A stretch of DNA of 64,000 nt from assembly GCF_009914755.1 (NCBI RefSeq), contig NC_060935.1, one strand, 5' to 3'. Source of the DNA: the human T2T-CHM13v2.0 reference genome, Homo sapiens. Below the pieces are notes generated by a model that worked only from the letters and a program-made list of their open reading frames with translations, was not told the DNA's origin and made no database searches. Every line of letters begins with the position of its first letter. The first letter of the stretch is position 1. Positions 40,117 through 51,642 of this stretch are shown here, in pieces. A program made the translations under genes and the position numbers.

Positions 40117-40290
40117 CCTGGCTGTGAGATTCTTTTCGTCAACCACAGTGTAGCCCAGGCCTTGAAGCAGCCTTTTCATCCCCACGATGTCATAGTGAGC
40201 CCCATTCCTTGCAGGCAGGTGATCAAACTTTGTATTGCATATGATGAGAGCCAGGCGTCTGCGGTCCTCTCTCTTTTTTATTGGATAGAT
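40117..40290 (-). CDS. CASP5: Caspase-5 exon 5 ([19 protein letters not shown]...DEKNLTAR)
   Basis: 174 bp, cag|ATCTAT...AGG|gtaaga; ORF track 40081-40314. Confidence 0.97.
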
Positions 40291-41006
40291 CTGCAGGAGA
40301 TGGAGATGAAGCAACTTTGATTACCCGAGTCTCTTTTCAACCTCCATATGCCTCACAATTTTGCTTTTTTAAGACCTCATGCAGCTGCCACCTTCCCTAA
40401 CCTCTATCAGAAGACACTGCCTTCCTCTCTCTCAAGAGCCCAGAGCAAGAACCAGGACATATCTGGAATGATCACTCTAGAATCTTGAGGAAACTAGAAT
40501 AATTCCTACCCCCTTCCTTCTCCTTTTTCTTCTCCACCTACTCAAACATTTCTTATATTTAGGTTCAAATCAAATTTCATATAAACCAAGAGGTGTTGTC
40601 ATCGGCTCCAGTAAAAATAAATATAGCAAATTTTCTTTGCCTTCCGTATTATGATTATTTTGGTACTATTTTAAAAACATAAACTTACAATGATTTTCAA
40701 GATTTAATTATACTTTTCAAATATATTTTATGTCTAGGCTTTTCAACTGGGTATAAACAATTACTACTCAGCCATGTTATAAACATTTTATTTTGTGGCT
40801 TTATCTGAAATTGTAATAAATCCCAAATTGATACAAAAATCAATAAATGATAAAAAAGAGAAAGCTACATTTTATCATGGATTGAATGAGCACTGGTATT
40901 TGTTTGAAGCCATATGAACCCTTGCCTGCTGAAAGCATCTATCATAAAGGTTACCACTGTCACCACCCCCTCATCATTTAGTGCTTTAAGTATTTGTGCA
41001 TTTATG

Positions 41007-41295
41007 GCTGGCACTGTGGTTCCCGCCTGTAATCCCAGTGCTTTGGGAGGCCAAGGCTGTGGATCTCATGAAGATAGGATTTGGAGAACAGACTGGACAA
41101 CATAGGGAGACTATATCTCTACAAAAATTAAAAAAAAAAATCAGCCTGGCAAGGTAGTGTGCATTTGTAGTGCTAACTACTTGGGAGGCTGAGGCTGGAG
41201 AATCTCTTGAGCCCATGTGTTCAAGATAGCAGTCAGCTATGATCACACCACAGCACTCCAGGCTGGGCAACAGAGCAAGACCCCATTTTTAAAAA
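41007..41295 (+). mobile_element. Alu (AluJ-type)
   Basis: Diverged dimeric Alu. Confidence 0.85.
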
Positions 41296-41363
41296 TGTGC
41301 ATTGCATTTAATGAAAGCAATTGTTTCTCTCTTCTTCCCCATTTCATACAGAGAGCACAGCAC

Positions 41364-41473
41364 CTCATCATGATTTTTTTTACACAGTCTCAGGAATTCT
41401 TCACGAGGACAAAGTTTGAGTATATTTGTAGATTCTGCTGACTCAGGTGGTCCAGCCTCGATTTGCAGAAGAG
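41364..41473 (-). CDS. CASP5: Caspase-5 exon 4 ([36 protein letters not shown])
   Basis: 110 bp, cag|CTCTTC...GAG|gtgctg; frame continuous with exons 3 and 5; contains a coding A8 run. Confidence 0.95.
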
Positions 41474-43436
41474 CTGTGGGATATCACAAAATATAAATTA
41501 TGGTTTCTGCCTCTGTGACCCAATTTATCACCTAAGAACTTTGAGAGAGAGAGAGAGAGAAATCCTAGGAAAAAGACTCTTTATATTTAGGGGTTATAGC
41601 TGTACCTAATTTCCAGCTTAAGGAAATGTGTTGTGAGAATTCCCTGATAGAGAAAGCAGACTCCCACAACCCCACCAAGAAGAAGATGCAACTATAGATT
41701 CCGATTATTCTGGAGAAAAAATCTTGATGATTTAAAGTTAAATTTGGCTTTTCTATATTCAGAAAAACAGTTTGATTTTTCCAGTGGTTTTACGCTAGGG
41801 TACTCATTCATTTATTTGGACTTTCTGCTGTGTCTGGGCAAGACTGTGCTAAGTAAATACTTGTCAGAGTGCTATTTGAAATACAATGTGAGTTCCATAT
41901 GCAATATTAAATTTTCTAATATCACATTTACAAAAGGTAAAAATAATTGTAATAATATATTTATTTAACATAATATATTCAAAATATTATTATTTCAACA
42001 TATGTCACTAGCCACAAGTTATGTCTGGTGGCTACAAAAGTGGATGGGACAACATCCCATTTTGGATTGATAGTCCCCTCCTAGTTCACACCACATACAG
42101 ATACATGTATACAACAAACGTTTGATAGAATATTGAATCCTGTACCATCCTGGTATTTTTTAAGCAACTTTTATGTGAATTAATAATTATTCTAGAAGAA
42201 ATAAGCTTCAGTTATCTTTCAACAAATTGTGAAATCACCTATTTATGAAGAAAGGTTGTCTAGTGACAACACAGTACACAATAGTACTGTGTCCAAGGTC
42301 AAAGGGACAAATATTTGTATGAGATTCTGACGTAACTCTGAACATCTTGTCTCTAAACTGCTGGACAGCCAACACTGTCCAACTCATATTTTATAATGTG
42401 AGGAAATAATACATCTGTTTTGGATAAGTTTGCTTCTGAGTAATTCTGATCTATCCCCTTGTGAAATGTAATATTGATCTCTTTTGACCGATATTGTGCA
42501 AAAAACTGGGAGATTATTGAGCCCTCCTTCTGGAAAAGAAAAAGGAATTTATGTATACAAATTCAAAGAAGAATTTAGTAAGATCTAATAACAAGATTTC
42601 TTTTCATGAAAGAAATGGACAAGTATACTTTTATGTTTGGTTACGTGACCCAACCAAGACATAGGAATCATGAGTAAAGTAATATTGTTCTGTATAAAAT
42701 TTATATTGTTTTTAAATATTTCATGTATTTTTTATATATCAATCATTTGTTTCTCTTCATTTTTAATAATATTTTAAAGTAAATGTCTTGCTAAAGAGTA
42801 TGATAAAAGCGTGAGTTCTGGGAATGCAATAAGTTCTAAGTGTGTAAGGAAACCATACCTTCTAAGCATCTCTTTTTTCATAGATTAAACAGTGACAGAT
42901 GCTTTTTCTTCTCATTTCAGAAAAGTCTGCCAATGTGAAGACATCTAGGGTCCTGGGATATTACTGGTCTGAGGGTATGTTTTCCTGTTTAAAGGTTTGG
43001 AGAACTTCCAACTTAACAGTCATCTCCTAAGACTTTTATGTGTCTGTGTGTAGAACAGGTGTTTTCCAGTAAAATTAGAAATTAGACAGAAATTCTATCT
43101 TATATCCAGTAGTAGAATTAGTACAAAAATATTATTTTATTACAAAATAATAAATATTATAGTGCAGTCTCCTTCCAAAGAGAGTTTCTATTAGCCTGGC
43201 AGTGCAACAGGAAGTAATGTGGAAATCAGGAGTTTAGATAAAAATTTCAATTTGAGTCTTATCTATTATCTAATGAAACAGGAATCTCTCAGGAATCTGC
43301 TCAGGAATCTCTTAACATTGACACAACAAGAAAGGGAGTAGTGGAGTGGTACAGGATCAGTAAAGCAATTTCCCACAGCACATAGGGACTTAGGTGGTTA
43401 TCTCCTGACTAAATCAGATCATCGGTATATAGTGTG

Positions 43437-43487
<51 letters not shown>
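43437..43487. repeat. (TA)n(TG)20 microsatellite
   Basis: Read directly. Confidence 0.95.
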
Positions 43488-43490
<3 letters not shown>

Positions 43491-45172
43491 CAGTTAAATA
43501 ACAAATGAATAGCTAGGATTCTTCTTATCCTGCACTCCAGAATCCAATGCTTTGTTGGAAACCCTCATAATTATAACCATATCCAAAGGCCTAGCCAAGG
43601 CCTGTACCTCTTCTAATAGCCCAGCCCACCCAGCTTCCTGGTCTGCTGTGCCAGTGTACTCAAAGTATTCTGGGATCGATCATTCTGGAGAATACAAATG
43701 CAGATAGAGTGCAGAGAGCCACTGGACCCCTCCTGCAGGGATCTGCAGCTGCCTCCTTCTTGCCACAGCCTCTGCTGATCAGATAGGCTAATTCAGTTTA
43801 GAGTTTAGTGCTCATCATATATGATATCTGGGATTGCTAAAATCATTTTGAAGCCCGTATTGCTACAAATATGATTCCTATTTGTTGCATTATCTCTGAT
43901 TTTTAAAAACCGATATTTTTTCCTCATGCCATTCCAGGTTTGAGGAAAAGGAAAATACTTGCAAAAGACCAGTTTAAATATTAATAAGAATGCATCCTTG
44001 CCTAAAATCTTGGACAACTATACTAGCATGTGGTTTCTGTTGAGGGGAAACTTTCCCCACAGAGAAGGGGAGTTTATTTTGTATAGTGAGGTTTGAACAA
44101 TTTATGTTGCTTTATGTTCATGATCGTATGTGATTATTGGTAAGCTGTAGTAGTTCAGGGCTGAAGATTTCAGTTTAAAGTCTATGGCAAATTGAGTCCT
44201 TCCCTGGAAAACATGGATCTGAGAACATTTAGGCTCTAATAATACTGATAATTCAATCCGTGTCAAAAGTTTTGAAATGTTATAAAATTTAAACATTTTA
44301 TAGTAGTTCCCTGATCATAATTTTGTAACTCACAGAAATGAGTAAGCATTGGAAAATTCCAATTTGTAGCGCCCAAATAATAATTAAGAAAGCACTCTTT
44401 ATTGCATGCGTATACTTCATTTGTTTATTCATCACACATTAATTAGGTATCTGCTATGTGCCAGGATCTCCATTAATTACTCTTATTAATTGGTGAAGAA
44501 ACCAGTTACATTCTGGTAGCAGAAACTTGGTGCATGTTACTTCTTTTTACTGAAGCGGAAAAGGGTTAAAAGTGGAGCACGTTTATTCTGGAAAACAAAG
44601 CATTTAATTTTAGCTGTATTCATTTTGTGATGCCAGTGAAACACTGGAGCAGAATTGTTTTATATGCCGCTAGAGCTAAATGAGTCTGGAGCTCAGATGA
44701 GAGAGTCCTGAATGAGAGCTGGTATCTTGGAAGTTGTTGGCATGTGGTGCCTGGCATTACAATGTTTCTGGCTGTAGACAGTCTTGTGAGAAAGTGCTGG
44801 AATTGCCCACATTTCACAGGTGGTAAGACTGATGACTAGGGAGAATGGAAGGTCAAGAAACTTGCATGAAGCTGCATAGTTCACATGTGACAGAATCTAA
44901 GTTTGGGTTTAGGTATCTCCTACTAAAAAATCTCCCTTATTAACTATTTCTGTGCACAGTCTAAACACAAGGACACAGCTTTTTGGCTAATTGGAAATTT
45001 GATCCCGTCCCATAAAAGACAAGGTGGTCTCTAACAGGATGATGACATGTTTACTGAAAATGAGAGTTTAGAAATGAAAGTGTAGGTAGATCACAGATAA
45101 CACTGCATGGGCCTTGGAGTTGAATATATTCTGGAAAATTTAACATATTTATCGTGTTAGATGCAGCCTTAC

Positions 45173-45424
45173 GTTTTACACTGGTGATCTTTTGGTCCAT
45201 ATTGAGAAGTGTTTGGGTAAACATTTGATGAGCCACGCGATTCTTTCGCAAAGAGTCTACCAAGATCAGGGCCTTGTCTTCAATTTTGGCATCATAATAT
45301 TTTTTCTTTTCCTCTTCCTTCAATGTCAGAACATCGTGTTTTGCCAAATAATTAAAAACACCATGAAGAACATCTTTGCCCAGGTATTCCAACATCTTAA
45401 CTGTTTTTTTTTTGTGGTTGTCTT
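45173..45424 (-). CDS. CASP5: Caspase-5 exon 3 (CARD)
   Basis: 252 bp, cag|AAGACAAC...AAAC|gtaagg; [49 protein letters not shown]...; A10 at 45404-45413. Confidence 0.97.
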
Positions 45425-46896
45425 CTGTCAGAAATAGAAAGACTCCTTTAACTATGGGCACAGCTTAAAGAGTTCTGCCTTCACCTAAGACATAACTCTG
45501 TAATATGAAACTCCTCTAAAAATACATTCTATTTTACCATGTCTCCAGCGAATAACACACATCTTTTTTTGCAACTGCAGAATTCTCTCACCTATCAAAT
45601 TCATACCAGACTGTGCTTAGCAATTCATTTCCTCTTAAATTTGTTTTTATAGCTTTTCTTCTTCCTTCTGTGGCATTGGGAATAATGCTAATTTCCTGGT
45701 CACCTGCTGCTTTCATATTTCTCTTTCTCTTGCTCACAGCTCATGATGATGATAATTTACCTGAAATGGACACTCCCAGGACAGTCCATGCTCTTGTCTA
45801 GACTGTAAATACTACTAGACTATACAATCTTGCCTCTTTGCTGTATTTAGTTTCCTTGGGGAAAGCACTATATCTTTGAATTTGCATTTTTAGCACACAT
45901 CCTATACCCACATCTTTGTGCTCATTAACATCTTTGTGCCCAAAATGCTTAAAAGTACTTAGCATGCTTGCTAAATACATGACTTAATGAACAAATGGAT
46001 GACTGCACCCAGAGTCCTAATTTTTTAGCATCTTTTCCTCAATCAACATTTGAAATTGAAAATAATATCATAACTACTCTAGCATGGTGAATTTATGTGA
46101 CATCAGGTTAATCACTACACCTTAGCATAATTTGAATTTTTATTGGAAAATATAGATATCAAAGTGATAAATTTTTTTGCCTGGCCCTCTTCTAATTACT
46201 GCCAGTCATTGGTAAAGCAACCAGTTGCATTCTGGTGGGAGAAATTTGATATATATTAGTTTCTTTTACTAAAATGGAAAGGGGTTAAAGTTGGAACAAA
46301 TTTGTTTAGAAGAAAAAGTGTTTAATTTTTAGGTAATCATTAGTTTAATGAAGCCAATGAAACACTGGAGCAGAATTGTTGAAAATACATCTAGAGCTAA
46401 ATGAGTCTGGAGCTCAGAGGAGAGAGTTCTGGATGACAGCTAATATCTTGGGAGTTATTGGCATGTTGATGCCAGCCAACACAATGTTTCTAACCTTCCA
46501 CAGTCTTGTGAGAAAGTACTGAAATTGTCCCCATTTCATAGATGGTAAGACTGATGATTAGGGAGCAAGAGAGGTTAAGATACATGCAGGAAGCCACACA
46601 GATTATTAGTAACAGAATCTAGATTTAGGTTTGAATATGTCTTACTACAAGCCTCTACTATTAATTATTTCCATGCACAATCTGAACCCAAGGACTCAGC
46701 CTTTTAGCCGATTGGAAACTGGATCCCACCCCACAAAAGACAAGGTAGTCCCTGAAGGAAAAATTATAGGTTTGGTGAAAATGATAGTTTCATAAAGGAA
46801 GGAGGATAGGGGGATCACAGAAGTCACTGCATGGGACTTATAATTGAACAGATTCTAAAAAATTGGAAATATCCATTGTAAAATATCCAGTCTTAC

Positions 46897-47070
46897 TTTT
46901 TACACTGGTCGACTTTTGATCCGTATTAGGTACTAGGGTCTGGATAGATGTTTGTCCAGCCACGTTGTTCTTTAGCATGTGGTTTATCACGAAGTTATCC
47001 AATCCACTCTGAAGGATACCTTTGAACATAGCTTCAAAATTCTTACGCCTTTTTTTTTTGCCACTGTCTT
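46897..47070 (-). CDS. CASP5: Caspase-5 exon 2 (pre-CARD); alternative in-frame acceptor extends it to 47109
   Basis: 174 bp, tag|AAGACAGT...AAAA|gtaaga; [27 protein letters not shown]...; A10 at 47050-47059; Met17 at 47027-47029. Confidence 0.96.
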
Positions 47071-47794
47071 CTATCAGAAATATAAAGACTCCTTCAACTC
47101 TGGGCACAGCTTAAAGAGTTTTGCCCTTGCTTTAGACAAAGCTCTGTAATGTGAAACACCCTTGAAAATACATTCTGTCTTACCATGTCTTCAACAAATA
47201 CTCATTATTTCTTTGTACCTGTAGCATTCTCTCACCCATCAAATTCCTACCAGGCTGTGTTTAACAATTCATTGCCACTTAAGTTTGTTTTTTATAGCTT
47301 GTCTTTTTCCTTTCTGCAGCATTGGGCCTAATGCTAAATTCCTGGTCATCCATTGTATTCAGATTTCTCTCTCTTGCTCAAACTCATGATGACCTACCTG
47401 AAATGTGTGCACCCAGGACAGTCCATTCTCTTGTCTAGACTGTAAATTATTCCTACTAGACTGCAGGATCTTTCCTTTTCTCTGTATTTAGCTTCCTTGG
47501 TGAATTAACTATATCTTTGAATTTGTGTTTTTTAACACACAAGCTATACCCAATTGTGCTAATTAACAATTTTCTGCTCAAAATGCTTAAAAGTGCTTAA
47601 TCTGCTTGCTGAATACATAAGTAAACATCCAACTTAATCATTAAGTGGATAAATGCATCTAGATACCTAATTCTTCAGCGCCTTTTCTCAAACTAAAATT
47701 TAGAATTGAAAATATTTAACAAATATTATGGTAGATTAATATAATACTGAGTTAATGTATTACTCCTTGGTATAATTCAGATTTTTACCAGGAG

Positions 47795-47804
47795 ATATAT
47801 ATAT

Positions 47805-47850
<46 letters not shown>

Positions 47851-48031
47851 GTATATATATATATATATACACACGTATATATATATATACACACACACAT
47901 ATATATACACATATATATACACACATATATACACATATATATACATATATATACACACATATATATACACATATATACATATATATACACATATATATAT
48001 ACACACATACACACACACACACATATATATA
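47795..48031. repeat. Compound (TA)n/(CA)n microsatellite
   Basis: Read directly; source of three spurious ORFs. Confidence 0.95.
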
Positions 48032-48404
48032 TCAAAGTAATAAATCACTTATTTCAATACAAGAGATATGATTTAAGCAGGTTGTATGTGGAAAAGCCAG
48101 ATATCTCCTCTCTTCTGTTAACTCTATAAAGATCATTATCTAGTTTATCTAAATATAAGGATAGCTTTCACACAAAATACATTTTCTAAAGAAAACATGT
48201 CAGGACATTGAACAAAATTTTGGCCTAGAAGCACCAGACTCATTTTCCAGGTTATCTTGAGTTCATATGCCAATAATGAACCAACCATTATTAGAAAGAC
48301 ACATGGAAGTTACAAAACAGGACAAAAAGTTACATTTAATAAATGTAACATCTCCTATGTATTTTTTGTGATTAAAAAATGAATTCACATAAAGCAATGA
48401 CAAT

Positions 48405-48628
48405 CATCATTATATCATATGAGTAATTATCATTATTATTAACAATATCAGTAATTATCATTATTATAATGATTTAATCAGTAATTATTATTATTATACT
48501 CATATAATAAATCAGTAATTATCATTATTATACTGATATAATAAATCAGTAATTATCATTATACTGATATAATAAATCAGTAATTATCATTATTATTATT
48601 ATATCATATCAGTAATAATCATTATTAT
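48405..48628. repeat. AT-rich minisatellite, unit ~30-34 bp (atcagtaattatcattattatactgatataataa), about 6-7 degenerate copies
   Basis: Repeated (c)agtaattatcattatt cores. Confidence 0.85.
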
Positions 48629-49384
48629 TTACAAGTCTCTCTTCTAAGTACTTTACAAATAGTAGTATACTGGACTCTCACAATAAACCAGTAGAATATT
48701 TATTATTTTATCAATTTTATAAGTCATTTAAATAATAGGCTGCCCTAAATCACATGAATTAGGGTTCAAATCCTATTTTTACACCACATTCCATAGAGTT
48801 AACCATGACAGGCTTTCAGTAATAATAATATATGTTGAACCCCCATGAGGTCAAGTGCTTTACTGAAATTTCACAAAAACTCCATGCAAAATGTATATTA
48901 ACCTCTTTTATATGGAAAAGGAAACATATACAGATAAGTTACTTAAGAAATTGAGTGTAATCCTGTGAAAAGAAAATGAAGTATACAGTAACTCCGGAGC
49001 AGGAATAGAAGTACAAGTGATCAGAATCCAGAGCCCCAACTCTTAAGTCATGAAACTACATTACATGATAGTTGTTGAAGAGCTTCTTAAGAGAACACAG
49101 ATAAGATGCTTAAGGAACTCAGAAAAGATGAGAAAATTCCAGGAGGAGAGTTTACAGAGGCTTCTTAGAAGACAAGACAAAAACGTTGGTTTTAAATGCA
49201 ATGTAGATGTTGGAACAGGGAATGTGAAGATTTGCAAAGAGTACACAGATTAGTTAATGGAATGTCTACTCTGCCTGAGTTCTGAAGTTCTATTTAACTT
49301 ACTTGCATGCTTAGTAAATGAATATAGTTTTGACTGAATGAATATGTGGAGACATATGAAAAGCAATTAACCTAAAGAGGTTTA

Positions 49385-51642
49385 CAACACAATAAATGCC
49401 ACTTATAGAAAACACACAGTTAACATCATACTCAATGGTGAAAAGATAAAAGCTTTTCTTCAAAGATTAGGAAGAGGACAAACACACCCACTTTCACCGC
49501 TTCTATTCTAGAAATCCTAACCAGAGGAATTAGACAACAGAAAGAATTTAAAGGCATCAAAATAGGAGAGGAAGAAGTTAATGTGTCCTGTTTATGAATG
49601 ACATGATCTTACATATATTAAGAAAACCCTAAATGCTCCATGAAAAATCTGTTGGAACTAATACACAAATGCAGTAAAGTTGAAGGATACAAAAACAACA
49701 TGCAAAAATTAGTATCATTTTTATAACAACAAACTAAAAAATTGGATGATAAAAATCTCATTTATAATGGCTGTAAAAAAATTTCATGAAATAATAAGGA
49801 ATAAATGTAACCAAAAAGTTAAAGATGTATATACTCATAACTATAAAACATTGACAGAAGAAAATGCCTGAGATTCACAAAAATCAAAAGATATCCCGTG
49901 TTCATGAATTGGAAAATATTACATTATTATGTCTATACTACCCAAGAAATCTATGAATTCAATACAATTCCTATTAAGCCTCCAATGGCATTTTTTACAG
50001 AAATAGGAAAATCAACCTTAAAATTCATATGGAATTATTTAAAAATTCAAATAGCCAAAGCATCCTTGAGTAAAGAACAAAACTGGAGGCAGCACACAAC
50101 CTGACTTTAAAACATACTGCAAAGTTATAATAATCAAACATAGTACTGGCATAAAAGCAAACACAGAGATCAATGGAATAAAACAAAAAGGCCAGAAATA
50201 AACCCAGTTATTTACAGTAAATTTATTTTTGACAAAGTTTCAAGAACAGACAATAGGCTAAGGACACTTTCTTCGATAAATGATGTTGGGAAAATTAAAT
50301 ATCCAAGAGCAGAAGAATGAAAACGGGCCCTTATCTGCCACCATATACAAAAATCAACTCAAAATGGATTAAAAACATAAGCCTAATAACTGAAACTTTG
50401 AAACTACTACACAAAAACGTGGAAAAGCTTAATGACACTGGTATAGACAATGATTTTTGGATATAACACTAAAAATATGGGAAAAGAAAGCAAAATTAAG
50501 ATATGAGATTACATCAAACTAAAAAGCTTTTGCAAAGCCAAGGAAACAACAGTGTGAAGAGATAACCAACAGAATAGGAGTAAATATTTGAATCCATATG
50601 TCTGATAAGATATTAATATTCAAAATATATGAGAAACACAATTCAATAGGAAGAAAACAAATATTACAAAATGAGCCAAGGACCAAAATAGACATTTTTC
50701 AAAGGAAGATGCATAAATGGACAACAGGTCTATACAAAATGCTCAACATCTCTGATCACCAGGGACATTAAAACCACAATGAGATAATGCCTCACACCTG
50801 TTAGAATGATTAGAATGGGTATTATAAAAAAAAAAGATAACAAGTGTTGGAAAGGATGTAGAGAAAAAGGAACTCTTGTATACTGTTGGTGAAAATATAA
50901 ATTAGTACAGTCATAATGAAAAACAATAGGAAACTCCTCAAAAAGTTAAAAATTAAAATGAATTAAAAATGTTAAAAATGATGTAGCAGCCCAAATATTT
51001 AGTATGTATTTTAAACATTAAGTCAGTGTGTTGAAAAGACATATACACTTCCATTGTGATTGCAGCATTATTCACAATAGGCAAGATATAAAATCAACCT
51101 AAGTATCTGTAGATGGATGAATGGATGGAGAAAGTATCATAATGCAACAGTATTCAGCTTTAGAAAAAAGAAAGAAATCTTGTCATTTGTGACAACATTG
51201 ATTAACATGGATAACATTACATTAAATAAAATAAGCCAAGCTGGGCACCAAAAAACAAATACTATATGATCTCACTGATGTGTAGACTCACAAAAGTTAA
51301 ACACATAAAAGCAGAGGGTAGAATGGTGGTGATTAGGAGGAGGCAGGAAGTTTGGGGAGATGTTGATCAAAGGAAACAACATTTCAATTAGATCGGAGAA
51401 GTAAGTTTAAGAAATCTATTGCACCACATAGTGACTATAGTCAATGATGAATTCTTGAAAATTGTTTGACAGTGTAAATTTTAAGTGCTGTAATCACAAA
51501 AAAAGATGAGCATATGAGGTAATGCATATGTTATTTAGCTCTTTAGGCATTCTACAATATATATTTCAAACATCATTTTGTACATAAGTACATAAAATAT
51601 TTATTTGCCAATTAAATAAATAAAATAATATTTATAAAAAAC
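49385..51642 (+). mobile_element. 5'-truncated old L1 (L1MA5/6-like)
   Basis: ORF2-like peptide 49898-50104; L1MA-type 3'UTR and A-rich end. Confidence 0.8.

Larger units (their letters stand above)
44460..47750. repeat. Diverged tandem duplication of ~1.6-1.7 kb (units ~44460-46120 and ~46180-47750), each holding one CARD-type exon
   Basis: Shared blocks: gaaacactggagcagaattgtt, tagagctaaatgagtctggagctcaga, cagtcttgtgagaaagt, tgggcacagcttaaagagtt, cccaggacagtccat..tcttgtctagactgtaaa. Confidence 0.9.

Noticed and set aside
35524-45437. Plus-strand ORFs overlapping CASP5 exons (35524-35808, 36883-37188, 40087-40320, 45192-45437)
   Set aside because: Antisense shadows of real exons with no independent support.
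47760-48048. Three overlapping Y/I/C/V/M-rich ORFs
   Set aside because: Translations of the (TA)n/(CA)n microsatellite.
48405-48628. Spaced repeats resembling a CRISPR array
   Set aside because: No unique spacers; degenerate AT-rich tandem repeat in a mammalian intron; no cas genes.
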